A stretch of 64,000 nucleotides of DNA from Guillardia theta CCMP2712 (GCF_000315625.1 NW_005434607.1:377537-441536); one strand, 5' to 3'; shown: positions 1-13,255, numbered from the stretch's first letter. Notes: generated by a model from the letters alone, not told the origin. Translations and numbers: made by a program.

Positions 1-739
1 CCGTTAGATTCTTGTAATCCTGCAGTATCCCGCACAATGGAGAAGATACCATGTAGTAGAAGATGCTAGAGCTGGCCACATTGAAGTTAGGCTGTGCGTA
101 TTCATAGATGTACACGTTCTTCCTTGCAAGATTCCCTGTCAGTATATCGATCTCATACTTCAGCAGCTTGCTGTCATTGTCTGTCTTGGGTGTGAACTTG
201 GGAATATAGTCCTTCTCCTGGTCCTCCTGATCATTCGTCTCTTCAAGATTGATACCTGTGTTGTCGTTCTGCTCTCCCTCCTCCTCTTTTCTGAGCTTAT
301 TGGGCACGATCCTCCATCGGAATGAGCCTAGGGGTAGGCAATCGGGAAATCGGGCACCACATCCCCGCTTGCAAGCTTCCTAAAGTATACGGGCACGAAG
401 CCACATGTGAACACGCATCTTATTGCGCAGAGAAGGAAGGGGAAGTAATGCATATTCAGAAAGTCTTTGAAATCTTTGTTGCATTCCCTGCCCTTGATTC
501 TGCATTTAATATCCCTGCAGAGGCACATGCTTGGGAGTGTGGAGAAGCAGAACTGTATTGTTGGCTCATACATGCTGAGCTCTAAAAGCGCCCAGTACGA
601 CTCATCCTCATCGTATTTCCTCAACTTGCTCCTTGCAAGGAGAGCCTCGTTCTACAGCTTCTGTCTCTTTAAACGGGCACTCATCCTCAGGCTTTATTCA
701 AAACTCTACTGCAATGTTTCTGATTTAATGATACAACAC
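1..739 (-). pseudogene. Decayed intronless virus-like gene, possibly a mirusvirus-type portal protein; continues beyond the window start
   Basis: ORF 328-624 (EPTIQFC...HYFPFL..AIRCVFTCGFVPVYFRKLASGDVVPD) continues after an 8-nt insertion as CLPLGSFRW...VYIYEYAQP...VSSPLCGILQDYKNL, open to base 1. Stops and frameshifts occur upstream of 624 and there are no introns. The family call is from memory of the motif only. Confidence 0.4.
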
Positions 740-1074
740 TAAAAAGCAGTTGAAATACCATCCTTGTATTGATCTTGATAATTCCCTTTGTCATCCTTCT
801 TCTCGTCCTCACCCATTGGGAGTGCCGTGTTTAGGCTCCGTTTCATCTGCACGATCCCGATCTCCTCTGCGATGTAGAGGACTCGGGAGGAGTGCAAAGA
901 TGATGACCGCTGCTTCGTGCCATACTCTCGCCTTGCCATGTTGCAAGTTGAGCACCATGCCGGTTCCCAATGTGAGTATGAAGTATATTATGCGGCTACT
1001 ATGATGAACGATGAGTCACTAGTAGGAAGAATCTCCTACGCTGCATCGATTCAACGTCAGTTCAACGGTTCCAG

Positions 1075-1170
1075 GTCAAGTCCCGGTCGGAGTCCCGGCC
1101 CCCGGCCGGGTCCGATCACGGACCGGCCCGGCCAGGCCCGGCCCGGCCCCGGGCCCGGAAGTCGTGGCAG
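1075..1170. repeat. GC-rich CCGG/GGCC palindrome-dense island
   Basis: Runs such as cccggccgggtcc and ggcccggccaggcccggcccggccccgggcccgg; similar islands at about 7560-7900 and 12340-12600. Confidence 0.6.
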
Positions 1171-2935
1171 TCGGACTTGAAAAAAAAGAAACAGCAGCAC
1201 CTCCTAGTCAAGAGCCGCCGAGACTACCCGGCGGCGTGACTGCCCCTTTCTTGATGGCACGGTCCGGCCACCATATCTCAGGTGCTAAAAAAACCAGCAG
1301 GTCAACGTCCCTACGCTGCTGTTAGGTCATCTGATGAAGTGGCCCTCTCAATAATACTACACGTGCTTCACTACTTAGATTAAATCCACGGTAGTGTGGC
1401 CATGGTCAATGAGCGATGGCTGGCGGGACGGTACCACCCCCGGTAGCCTCCCGGAGTCCTACAGTACCCCCTCCCGTCGGACCGAGTCCGGGAAGGCTAG
1501 ATCAAGATCTTTATTTGTTTTATTTGTTCCTGCCGGCGGTCAGTGTGGTGGGGGATGAGGGGGTGGTGCACTTGAAGTACCGGTTACTGCTAGTTATCGC
1601 CAGATAGTTGAACTTGATTAGGTAGGGGTAGCCCGGGGGGTATCGGCTGAGTGACCGTGGCAACTTCTGTCACCTTGAGAACTTTGAGGGGCCCCTGGGT
1701 GGGGTAGTCGAAAGGTACAAGAGATCCCGAAAGGTAGGGTGGGTAGTGATACTATGACACGGTACCGCTCGTCAGGTCCCCCCGGGGGGTTGCCAGGAGT
1801 AAGGGGGTGGGTGAAATGGCAGGTGTACTTCTGATCAAGCCCGGGACTCGACCGAGGGGGGCGCCAAGAGGTTTGTCTGGGGTAGGGTGGGTACTAAAAA
1901 CGGGAGTAGGGTAGTGCTTGTTGGTCATAAGCTGAACCCAGTAGAAATTGCTTGAAAACAGGGGTAGCATCCTTAACCCACTGCCGAGGTACGGTACGGA
2001 TTGGCCATGATGGCAGGGTGAGTTGTGAGCAAACTTCGGAGGGTGGGGGTGGGGTGCGGTTGGGTGGACTGGGGTGGTCCAGTGGGGTGGGACCTAACAG
2101 TACCGACACTAGGGTCACGGGACTCGGACACCTGGGACACCCACCGTCCCATTTTTGATGGGTAGGCTCGTGAAGTACCCGGTCCTTTATGATGAATTCA
2201 AGGGTATACCAGGGGTAGGGGAACAAACGATCGGGGGGTAGTGACACGGTAAGCCGGGTCCCACATGCAAGCCCAAGATGAGCGGGATGGGGTGGAGGAG
2301 GAGATGGTACTAGTGCAGGACTTGAAGAGGAAGAGGCGACAGCGAGGAGGAGAGGTATTATGCCATCCTGAAGGAGCCTCGGAGAATGCTCGGAGGAGGC
2401 TCGGAGAAGCAGGGTGGTAGTTTGAGCCCGAGGGCTCGCAGGCAGGTCCTGGGGGAGGATCAGGAAGCAGTCTGGATGAAGAAATGAATGGCTGGTTCCT
2501 TGGAATAGAACGAGAGGAGAAAGATTTGAACTGTTGACGATGCCCTTGGTAACAAGAACAAGTCAAAAATGTATGAGAGGGAAAACTTAAGATAAGACAG
2601 GGACCAGACAGTACAGAATATCTCGCAAACAATGCACATATGACTGACCGATGGGCAACAAGTCTAGAAGGAGCAGAGTGTACTGAGGGAACGGTCATGT
2701 TGAATCGATATTCTGCGATAGTGTCAGATAGGATCAAGGTTCACATAGAACGGATCGAGATGGGCAACCTAGATTTGTCTTGCTTGCTCGGATTCATCTT
2801 GATTGATTTTTATCAACAGTTGCAAAGATATGAGCTGGGAAGATGTGCAAGTTCGTATTCATTCAAATCATCTCAGCGTGAAAAGCTTCTGCTGACCCGG
2901 AGAGCTTGAGCGCGTCTTGGTCATCGTCGTAAACG

Positions 2936-4347
2936 ATGTCTGAACGTTTGGTTAGACCGCATACAGCCAGTGCGATCTCAGCTAGGAAGAGGAAGAAGTT
3001 CATGCATGACCTGCAGATGCTGGGGGTTCAAGTACCTGGTGCGAGGAAGGGTCAAAGTTCGAGCATGGTGCACCACGTCCCTCTATCCTCGGACTTGAAA
3101 CGGAACGATGCCAAGCTGATCAAGATCCTGACACACCAGGACGACGAGAGCTATGGGAACGTCAAGAGCCCGGCCAATGTATCGAACCTCAAGGACTTCG
3201 TCAAGGTCATGGCAGACGATGTGAGCGGCTCGAAGCTCTTGTCGGGCGATGGAGCTGATCTCCATGCAGGCGAAGAAGATGCACCGTCAGATGGAAGAGA
3301 GATCGCTGCAGGCGAGTGACTGGGGGAACCTCACAGACGAGAAGTACAGGTTTCTCCAGGTCGTGATGGACATGTGCACTGTTACTCTCATCTAAACGCT
3401 CAAGTAGGAGCAATCGCGCCTTCTCGGCCGCATTGACAGCGAATCGCAATCGAGCGAGAGTTTGTTTGATCCCGGAGAAAATGACTTGACAGAGGCCTCC
3501 AATTCATCCATGTGAGCTCGGTGATACGTTGCTTGTTCTTCCCTGATGTTTGTTTGTCAGGTCAAGGCAAGACAGGATTGACACGACAGTTCTGGAGTAT
3601 GTAAAGAGAGACCAAAAGCTGACCAAATTCCGAAACATGCACTCCTCCATGCAGGTACAACAAAATATGATTGAATGCTGCAGTGGCAAGGAGTGACCTT
3701 GAGCCAGGATCTCTTTGAGAATCCATACTCTTCAAAGATTCCTGTGGAGTTGGAATCATTGCGAACAAGGTTGACAAGATTGGAATCGCAAATTCCTTGT
3801 GATGAAGGTTGAATCCGCAAATGTCGTGTTGTGCCTGACAGTCTAGTAGATGCGCCGCTCATCAACTTTTCCCTGAATGACTTGCTGAAGCAACAGCAGA
3901 AAGAAAAGGAAAAGAAGCACATGCTGTCTTTGTCGGCGGTGAAAAGCAAGGTGAAATACTCGTTACAACCGCGTCTTGTTGCTCCACTTACTGGTTTTGA
4001 CTCTGTAGGACTCCAATGGCGAGCACAATTCGGCTATACATATCAAGTTTAAATCTACAGTAGAGCAGCTGATCGAGGATTACAACTTGAGCAAGTCGGG
4101 ACCAAAGCCCAGGATCTTGACAGTGCTGGACAAGGCGCGTGATGCATTGCAGAGGATTAACGATGAAAGGAGCGAGATCGGGAGGAAGGAAGGAAATCGA
4201 ATCTCGATCTCAAGCGTCAGCAGCTCAGCCTCTTCCTCTGAACGATCTACTGCAACTTCTTCGTACAGCAGCTCTTCGAGTATCAGTTACGATCTGTTAC
4301 GACGCCCCTTCTCTGACTATGCGCTGAGTCGAGGGAACAGCTCCTAG
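2936..4347 (+). CDS. Multi-exon hypothetical protein
   Basis: ATG at 2936. GT-AG intron 3221-3269 restores the frame (ADD|AKKMHRQMEERSLQASDWGNLTDEKYRF). Further exon-like ORFs at 3831-4052 and 4087-4347. No recognisable domain. Confidence 0.55.
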
Positions 4348-4527
4348 TGCTGCTCTCAACGCTCTATCAGCTCACGCCTCGTTGCAGCAGCCCATTACTC
4401 GTGTAAATTCTTCCTGTATTATTGTGTTCAACGCATGTAAAGAGAATGATGGAATAAAGTAAGTCAAGCCCTACATCTGAATGCATCTAAAGAGATTGAT
4501 ACGAGGTAATTCAAGTTCTACATCACG

Positions 4528-6914
4528 TTATCTTGAGACCTGCTCTGCTCTCACCTCACCCTTGCGACTCGTGGGATTTGCCCAGCAGAAGCTTCTCAGT
4601 GCATGGTTCACATAGAAAACTTTGCCTGTGTCGTGATCAACTTCCTTCTGCCACCCCTCGGGGAGGGTCAGAGATTCGTTGGAGCCCGACGATCCCGCTG
4701 GGCTTGACTTCAACCCAGGGGACGAGTCTCCTGTCAGTCAAGTCGCAGTCATTCCCAACCCTGCCCAACATGCTCGCTCCCCACCTGCATGATCTAAGTG
4801 CGGACTCTCCGTTGTAGCGGATGCCTTGTCATCGTGCGCAGGCGCTGCGTTGGAGCCGCCGTGCAGCTTCGCTCGCACAAGTTGAATCTCAAACGTTTTC
4901 TGGGGGCTGCCGAAAGAGTCTGACCTTGACAACTTCAACGTCACGTTGGTCCCCTCCGGGCCTTTGATCTCTTCTACAATCTGTTTGGGGGTTTGGAACT
5001 GCACGTTCTTGCCGTTGACAGCAATCAGAGTGTCTCCTATCATCATCAGCCCGTCCTCCAGCGCCTTCCCGGCAGGTCCTGCGGGATGAATGTCGGTGAT
5101 GATGTACCTGTTGGAAGCTGGGTCCGTGTGAAACGACATGCCTATTCCAGCCGTGCTAGAGTTTGACGCTCTTGGTTGCAACGTCTTGGAATCGTTTTCG
5201 TTCACAGGCAGCTTGAGCTTTGGGATGTGAACAGGGAACTTCTTTCCGAGGATGGCGTCATTCTCGATGGGCAACGCCTTGATCAATCCTCCATGTTGTT
5301 GACTTTCGTTGTTTGACACGTATATCGGAGAGCTGTTCTGTACCTTCCATTCAACTTTCCCATTCGAATCGTGTTGCTCGCTGCCTTTCGCTTGAGGAGA
5401 AGCAGTGCCGCTGGACCCGACCTCGTGATGAATCCCCTCGTGCTCCAAGATCTGCAAGTCTGCTATCCTGGATTCCGACGACCCTTGGCTCTCATGAGCT
5501 CCCGTCGCTCTCTTCCCGACATGCGCCCTATCATCTGAGTCCACCAACATCTTCAACTCGATGATCTGATGGGTCAGCCTCTCATTTTCCTTCCTCATGC
5601 TCTCTGTCTTCACAAACGCCTCCTTGAGCTCACGGTTTTCTTCTACAAGCGCCTTGAACTCTCCCTCCTGATCAATCCGCTTTCGCCTCTCGTCTTCCAA
5701 CGACAATCGAATCTTCTCAAGGTCAATCCTATGTTTGCTTTCAACCAGCTCATTCTTCTGTATCAATGAATCTCTCTCCATCTTCATATCGTCTCTTTCT
5801 TGTACAGCCAAATTGTATTGTTCCATGAGCTGGTTCCGTTCCTCGTGAAACAAAACTTGCATTTCGTTTATCTTTTGTTCATATGCATTCACCAGCACAC
5901 TGTCGTTGGTGTGTTGTTTCTTTTGAGAATTCAATTCAAACTGCAGTTCGTTAATCTTGTTCCGATAATCTTCAATCTCTGCCCTCAGACTTTTCACAAG
6001 CTCTTCAAGTATGTACTTTCGATCTCGGAAAGCTTTTGCCTCCTTCTCCCTCTTGCGATTACATTCAACAAGTCTGGTATGGACGTCATGCAGAGAATCT
6101 CCATCGTTGAGAATCAGGTTTTGATCTCTTTCGTGCGATGAGTTCGAAGACTGGTACGGTATATCTGACCTATAACTTGGCAACTTTCTCTCAAAGCTGA
6201 AGTTCGCATGTTCTCGGGGAGATCTTTTGGCAGGGCTAGTTTCCAGATACTGAAACTTAGGAGAAAGCATTGCACTCCTCGACGTGCTCTGAGACAGGAG
6301 GCGCTCGTAGCTCGTTCGGCTCTGAGGAGACTTCCAGGCTTCAGGCCTCTGATCCCTCGCAGAAGGCGGACTAGGCGTGAAAGTGCCCTGGCGATCTTGG
6401 TAAGGAGTGTTAGAGAGCCGGTCGGGGTAGTACGCCATGCTGCGCATGAGGGAGATGGAGAACTTCTGTGGTTTCTTGCGGTCATGACTTCTATCAAACG
6501 TGAGGTGCACTGTCGTTCCGTGGGGGCCGGGGAGCTGCGGTTGCTCGTGAGGAGGGGTTGTTTCGCTCAGCGCCAGGTCGAACTCATTGATTGCACAAAG
6601 GCGATCCCCGGGGTAGATCAAACTGCTGGCAAAGGCTGGACCATCAGGGAGAACCTCTTTCACGACCAGGTAGTGAGAGTCCTCCTCCCTCGAGAAGATG
6701 ATTCCAACCCCCCCCAGACGCCCGGCATTGTCTGTACATGAAGAACCAAGTCAGGGGATTGGACATGCTGGAAAAAGGGCTCTAGAGGAATTGAACAGGT
6801 ATTACCTATGTTGTAATTCTTGCTGTAGTTCCAGTTGCTTCCGATCATTCTTGATTCAGCTGATGCATTCTCGATGAAAGGTGGGAAGCAGTTCCTTGTC
6901 AGCCTTCTCAGCAT
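4528..6914 (-). CDS. PDZ - coiled coil - PDZ - WW domain scaffold protein
   Basis: After intron removal, GGVGIIF...VKEVLPDGPA...GDRLCAIN (PDZ1), a long coiled coil, AGIGMSF...IHPAGPA...GDTLIAVNG (PDZ2), and a last exon LPEGWQKEVDHDTGKVFYVNH..SFCWANP (WW). Both introns are GT-AG and in frame. Confidence 0.85.
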
Positions 6915-7554
6915 CTTTGATCAGAGCCTTGCACGCATGGATGCAAGTCGCTACAGAACATGTTTGCAGAGAATTTTGTAGAGAACATGGCTGCTGGCTG
7001 TTGAATGGAGGACAAGGAGAGAGGGGATGTGCGGTGTGACATGCTTGTGAAGTATCCCAACATAATCCAACATCGCTCAACATCGAGAGAAGCCATGCTT
7101 CAGGAAGAGAAATGGCCTCGGCAAGAGAAGTCTCAACAGAGCATGCACCGATGAAAATGGCACATCACAAAGACATTCAGTTCGAGGAGGAAGGAACGAA
7201 ACATTAGTGATGGGAGGGAATGAGTGTGGATAGCGTGGCTGAGCCCAAGTAAAGATAAGAATGTGAAGGATGGACCACCTTGCTTGCTGCATGCATGCCC
7301 TCTTCTCTGTAACTTTCCATCGCTAACCCTCCCTTTCCTTCATCTTCCTACATTCGTTCCCTACTGAATGCGGCATGTGCCTGTAGCTGTCATGCAAATT
7401 AGCAGCGCCATGCCTGATTCAAAAAAAGGCCTGGACCCCCACCCCAGCCTTATATCAACCACGGAGCCACCCCTACTAGCCTAGGGTTACAGATCACCAC
7501 CCACCCCTCCTTGTATTGTGTAAGGGTGGGGTAGACTATTCACTGAAGTCAGTC

Positions 7555-7900
7555 AAGTACCGTACCCGGTGACCGGTACGATCACCATGATGACCCCTAC
7601 CGGGCCATATTTCGGACCTTCCATCAACTGGCAGGAGTCGGACGGCCCTCCCCCCGGCCGCGCCCGGTGTCTCTCCCCCGGGCCCGGCCACTGAGCTACT
7701 ATTAAGAGATCCGAGGCCCGGAGCCGGCCGCGGCCCGGTGACGGTGACTCTGTGATCCGTACTGTCGCTCCCGGGTCGCACCCTCCGCGGCGCACCCAGT
7801 CGCTCGGATGCCAGCGCGGCACGCGGCGCCGCCGGGCCCGGCTGAGGAACATGCCCAGTGCCGCAGTCACGCCCCGCGGCTGCGGGCTCGACTGACTGGG
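7555..7900. repeat. GC-rich CCGG/GGCC palindrome-dense island
   Basis: Dense ccggcc, ggcccgg and gccgcggc motifs, next to an AT-rich block at about 7910-8070. Confidence 0.55.
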
Positions 7901-8421
7901 CCTACGGTAAAATGCTTTTTATGCTGTACCTTGTTTTGCTTGCAATCAAGAATATTGGTAATGTTTTGGGGAAATATGAGTACTTAAATTGAATTGAGTA
8001 TTTATTTTGTACCATATTTGTAACTCAAATGCTTACTTCTATTGATATTAAAACTCTTTTAGAATCAATCATTCTACGCCCCGGCGGGCGAAAGGGGGAA
8101 AGCTGGGGTATATTTTGAGGGTGGGGTATACTACCCCACCATACATTTTTCATTGTAATTCCCATAGAAAATGGGGGTGTAATGGCGGAACCCTTAGGGG
8201 GTCAACGAGACGTGTACCCTTCCTTTGGCATTCTGATGAGCTAGGGAAGACATGGGTACTGGACAGTACACAGAGGGGGTGGGGATACCATTGTTTATTT
8301 CCTCCTTTCCCCGGATCCATGTCCCCGTAGCGAACAACAAGGAGCAAGTGAGATGGATTGAGGAGCGAGGGGAGCGAGGCAAAGGACGATGAACGAGCTA
8401 GATGATGAGGAGTCAAGAGAC

Positions 8422-10707
8422 ATGGAAGGACGCCGTTGGCATGGCGAGGATGCGGATGACGTGTTTCAATGTTCGCCGATGACTCACCTGTCCTGCCAGA
8501 CCTGGAATCCGCCTCTATGCCATTCTCTGCGTGAGACCTGCAACAGCTCTCAGGGTAGGGATCGTTAGACCCTCTCACATGCTTGATTCTGACCCGTGGT
8601 CCTCTCCAGTGTCATGCGCACTTCAGGAAGTGAAGAACCCATCACTTCGGTAAAGCGTTAACTCCAGTAGAGTGTTTTGATCTTGTTTAGGTTGAGGTGG
8701 TGGGGCAGCATGCGTTGAAGATGGGTTGGATGGAGAAGGAGACAGAAGAGAAGATGTTCAAGTCTTGGCAATCAAGGTTCGCCATCCTCACAGGATGGGA
8801 TGGGCGCGAAGCACACATTTTCTATTACGACAAGGAGACGGATAAGGCAAGGGTCGAAGGTGGAGAGGGCTGAGGAGCTGACGCAGATCCGAAGGAGGCC
8901 AGTGGGATTTTGTTCATACACGACATGGAGCTACAGCAAGACAAGGACGAGCATATCCTGACGCTGCAGGTAGAAAGTTTGACGGTGCAGTCAAGGGAGA
9001 TAAGAAATTTTTGTTCAGGGGAGCCAAAGGAGGTTTCGATTTCGCTGCTCGACTAGCGAACTAGCAAGGTGAGGCGGATCGAGATGAGGAAGAAGAGAAG
9101 AGAAGGAGGGAAGGGAACGAGGGGAGCTTCTGTAAGAGTTCTCGCGAGCAGAACTTGGAGGGTGGCAATCTTGGAAGCGCAACATAACGGCGGTCACAAG
9201 TGCGTAACGCCCTCGAGAAGCAGAGAGTGTGTCGCTGAGCTGTTGGGCTCAGGTGCAAGGCAGGGGAATCGAGCATGGCGTGGATGGCGGAGAAGCATGC
9301 GAAGACGTGCGAGAAATGCCGACAGGTGTTTGAGGCTGACGTGAGAGTGATGATGTGCCGCTGAGATGAGAGTGTCATCCAGGTGTTCTCTGCAACCAAC
9401 AGGAAGCATCATTGCAGATGCTGCGGCAGGTTCGCTCTTCTGGCCCAGTGCATGCTCTTGCCGACTTCCTTTCGCTATACAGGATCTTTTGTTCAGTTTG
9501 CAGCTCCAACGACAAAATCTCCCTTGCGCCTTACAAGGACCCTGTAAGGTGCTGCAACCTGTGCTCGGATACGCAGCAGCATCTTATCTCTGAGGTCGCT
9601 CACCCTCTTGCGTCCCGTGTTGCTTACTTGCTGGTTACCAAAAGATGCGGGAGCGACAACTCCGAGTGGAGAAGTTCGTGGCGAAGTACCTCGAGCTGCT
9701 CGAGACTGGAGGACACTTTGTGGATGGCGAGAGGTAGGAGGAGGTGGCGGTACTTCTTGTGGTTGAGGAGGAGGAGGAGGAGGAGGAAAAGGCGATAGTG
9801 GCGGTTGTGGAGGAGATGGAAGAGAAGGTGTAGAAGGAAGAGGACGGGTTTGGTGAAAACATCCCTGCATGGATATATGACGGGCGAGGAGACAGCAGCA
9901 TTGGAAGATTGAGTTGGTCGGGTTGAGGGCAGAGGGCGAGAGTTGGGGGCAGGATGGGGGACGCTTGTCTGACACGTGTCGAACAGATCGGACGTACAGC
10001 GAGACATCAAGATCGACGGGGCGATGGGAACTTCCTTGCAGTTCCGCAACCTGATCATCACCGAGACTGTGGACGTTTCAGCCCTGGCGGACAAGAGCTT
10101 CGCCACAGGCGTCGGGATTGCGCATGGGATCAAGGCGGCGACGCTGCGGGGCATCAAGACAATTCGGGGAGTCCACAAGGTCGACAGCACGCATATCGTC
10201 AACGCCTTCCGGCCCGAGCAGGCGCGGCAGAACATCGTGGGAGCAGCAGCGACGGTGGGAGGAGGAGTGGTTGGGTTTGCTAAGGACACTATCGCCATGG
10301 CCAACACCATCATGGATGGGGTTGAGGGGCCGCGGGTGCGGAACGTGATGATCAAGGACATCATAGGGGCGTCGGACTGCGCGGGGAACCCTGTGATGAT
10401 CAAGACGCTGAACAAGAAGGCTATCAACGGCTTCGTCATCATGTTCAAGGACGAGGAGGGGGAGGAGAAGGACCTTGTGTGCATCGCCGAGTCGTCGGAG
10501 GAGAAGAGCGCATGGCTGAGCGCTCTGACCGAGCTCAAGGTCGTGGCCGACGACGCTGGGGCGGATCTCCTGGTCTTCAAGAAAGAGATGGACCAGCGCA
10601 ATGAAGACATCAAGGCCAAGATCTCGCAGAGGAAGCAGATGCGCAAGCACAAGGTCATGAGGGAAGCCGGTGCGCTCCCCTCTAGCCCGGAGAACGAGAA
10701 CGAATGA
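8422..10707 (+). CDS. PH - FYVE - PH-like domain protein (multi-exon, start uncertain)
   Basis: PH exon MGWMEKETEEKMFKSWQSRFAIL..IFYY. FYVE signature WMAEKHAKTCEKC / RKHHCRCCGR / IFCSVCS...VRCCNLC spread over short exons. C-terminal PH-like helix IAESSEEKSAWLSAL. Confidence 0.8.
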
Positions 10708-10968
10708 CGTCCTACTGCCTCGCTCGTCACCTCGTCCTTGTAGACTAACCCCACAGACACACCTAACGCTTTCATGCCGAGCAGCAGCCGCAGCATTTAC
10801 ACCATAGAAAAGTGACCTCTTCTAGGCCTCTCTTCCAGGTTTCACTCCCCACCTCTCGGTGGAGGATTTTTCGTGTGAACCCCAAGTAAAACTCCGAGAC
10901 ACTAGAGAGTTGAGATACGAGATTCATTTCATTCTATCGAAGACATCTGCAGCGGTCGCTTGCAGCCT

Positions 10969-12003
10969 CTACTCGAGGAAGGGTCCTCCAGTAAGCTTGT
11001 CGATGCACTTCAGGCGGTTGGACAAGTACTGCACAAGCACAGTCAGACTGCTTGCTTGAGCGAGGAGAAAGGTGAGGAGGAGGCTGAGGAGGAGCAGGAA
11101 AGGGGAAGGGAAAGAGCTAAGAGGAATTCTACTCACGTCAAACTGCTGAACGCAGTAATCGATGCGGCCCTTGTTCTTGTAGATGTTAGTCCAGGTGTTC
11201 CTTGAGGAGCCAAGGGGGGGAACGTAGCCAGCAGGTGGTTCAGGGATTCCTTCGAGCTTGAAAAACATGCTGCGACATCAGAGTCAGTACCACGGAAAAT
11301 GAGGGAGGTGCGGGAAGTCGAAGGGAGGGGAAGTAAGTGAGGAAAGATTTTGTCGGTGTACGGAAGGACTGGAAGCCTTTCAGCAGGCCGACACCTAGGA
11401 CTCAGGATCTCTAGTCCAACATCTTCATGATCGAAACGCAAGCAACAAATCCCACTCCTCACTTGCATGTGTTATATAACACCTCTCTTCTCTCACGATG
11501 GTCCTGATGACTTCAGGAGAGCCATGCACTATAACAACTCAGTCCCTAACGACTCTTGACCTTCCAACATTAAGTTAAACTATCTTGGTTCTCAAAACTG
11601 CATGAAGATTCGAAGTCTGCAGCATGAGCCTCGCTTCCACTGCACAGGATCCTGATCCTGGATCGAGGAATCGATCCAGCTCCTCGTTGCTTTATCCCTT
11701 TGCTAGCACTCCTGATGAGATTCCCATTCCTCGGAATCCCTTGAAATTCAACTCAACACACAAACCTACTTGAAGTACCCTCTCGTCCCGAGCGTACTTC
11801 ATTTTTCTCCTTTCATGATGCCCCGAATCTGAATTCTATACTGGATTATGCCTTCCAAACCACCATCCTACCTTCTCACATTCACTCTTGATCATCTCTG
11901 AACCCATATTCCACCTGTACCTACTCCTCTCTTCCTTCTTTCTCCTCCTCTGCCCCCTCCTCCTCCTCTGCCCCCTCCTCCTGTTTCCCTCCCCGCCCGC
12001 CAT
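10969..12003 (-). CDS. Multi-exon hypothetical protein
   Basis: Exon-like segments bounded by GT/AG (e.g. MFFKLEGIPEPPAGYVPPLG...RIDYCVQQFD; last exon ...YLSNRLKCIDKLTGGPFLE*). Exact structure unresolved. Confidence 0.4.
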
Positions 12004-12339
12004 GAACCGCGAGGTCTGCGAAGAGTCGCGGCTCCTCCACGTCACTTTTAAAGCTAAAATCAATAAATAAATGACAGATATTTCAATTGGTACTTATGGA
12101 CACAAGATGTCCCGGTACTTCTCATTTTTACAATTATATATATGACACACATACCAGAAATTTGTAATGTTATGATACAGATTTTCACGAAAGGTTGTAC
12201 CAAAATTTTGTACAATATATAATAAATTCTCGTACAGATTCTATTAATGAACGTTTCGGACTTCAGTTCACACTGACCCCAGTACCAGTAAAACTGACTT
12301 GCCTTTACTCAAAGTTAAAACTAGTACTAGCTCGTAACT

Positions 12340-12600
12340 ACGGGTCACTGAGTATGCACTGTCCGACCGGCGGGCCCGGGCCGGGCGGCCGGCCCGGCTC
12401 GGAGCCTGTGACGGTTAACTTCTTACTCAAAGTTAAGTTAAAAACCGTAAACTCCACTGCAGTGTCAGTGCAAGCCGCCCGCCGCCCCAGCCCGGCGGCC
12501 CCGGGCGCGTCACTCATTTTTGAATTTCGTCCAACATGATGCCCGGCCATCATCGGCCCGAATCATGATCTGACCGTGACAGCGGGCCCCTTTCAAGTTT
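12340..12600. repeat. GC-rich CCGG/GGCC palindrome-dense island
   Basis: ccggcgggcccgggccgggcggccggcccgg and cccggcggccccgggcg; same style as 1075-1170 and 7555-7900. Confidence 0.55.
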
Positions 12601-13255
12601 ATCGTAGTACGGTCTTCAAGTTTAGGTTAAAAATCATTACGAGGACAATAAGGAGAGTAGAGGAGGCTTGACACTGACACTGTCGCACAGGCCATACCGT
12701 ATCAGTCTTCTTTACTCACTTGAAGCTAAGTTATATGAACATTATTGAAATCAGTACGAGGCCGAGGACACTGGTGCTTGACCCGGCTGACCGTGAGACA
12801 CTGTCACACAGGCCATACAGCGAGAAGAGAAAAGAAAGTGAGAACTAGTTATCCGTCCGATCACGCTCACAGTCCGTCTTTGACTGTCAAGAAAGCTTCG
12901 ACAGTGCGGTGGTTTCCCTCAGCTCAGTCACGAACACAGACGGCCCTCGGCGGCAGCTGGACTGCCCTGAGTGAACTTCGGCGAGAATCGACTGGTCGCC
13001 AAGGGAAAGCAAGAGAGAATTGAGAGGAGGGAGAAGCTGAAAAGTACCAAGAGACATGAGCGAAGCACGCAAAACATCGTTGAGCATCGACAGGGGGGAG
13101 AACAGACTTTCAGTAGTTGGGGAACACGGAGGATGTGGGGTGGGGGGAGGGGAATCCATCAAAATGGTTGAATTTGGCGTGGGAGGAGGAAGAAGTTGTG
13201 GAGGGAGAGACAGAGGAGGAGGAGGAGGGATTGGGCATACCAAAGACGAATCTGT

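Noticed and set aside
2198-2909. ORFs 2198-2737 and 2640-2909
   Set aside because: No motifs or convincing exon structure.
9624-10796. 390-aa minus-strand ORF and similar antisense ORFs over the USP48, ankyrin and VPS50 genes
   Set aside because: Shadows of GC-rich coding sequence on the opposite strand; no motifs.
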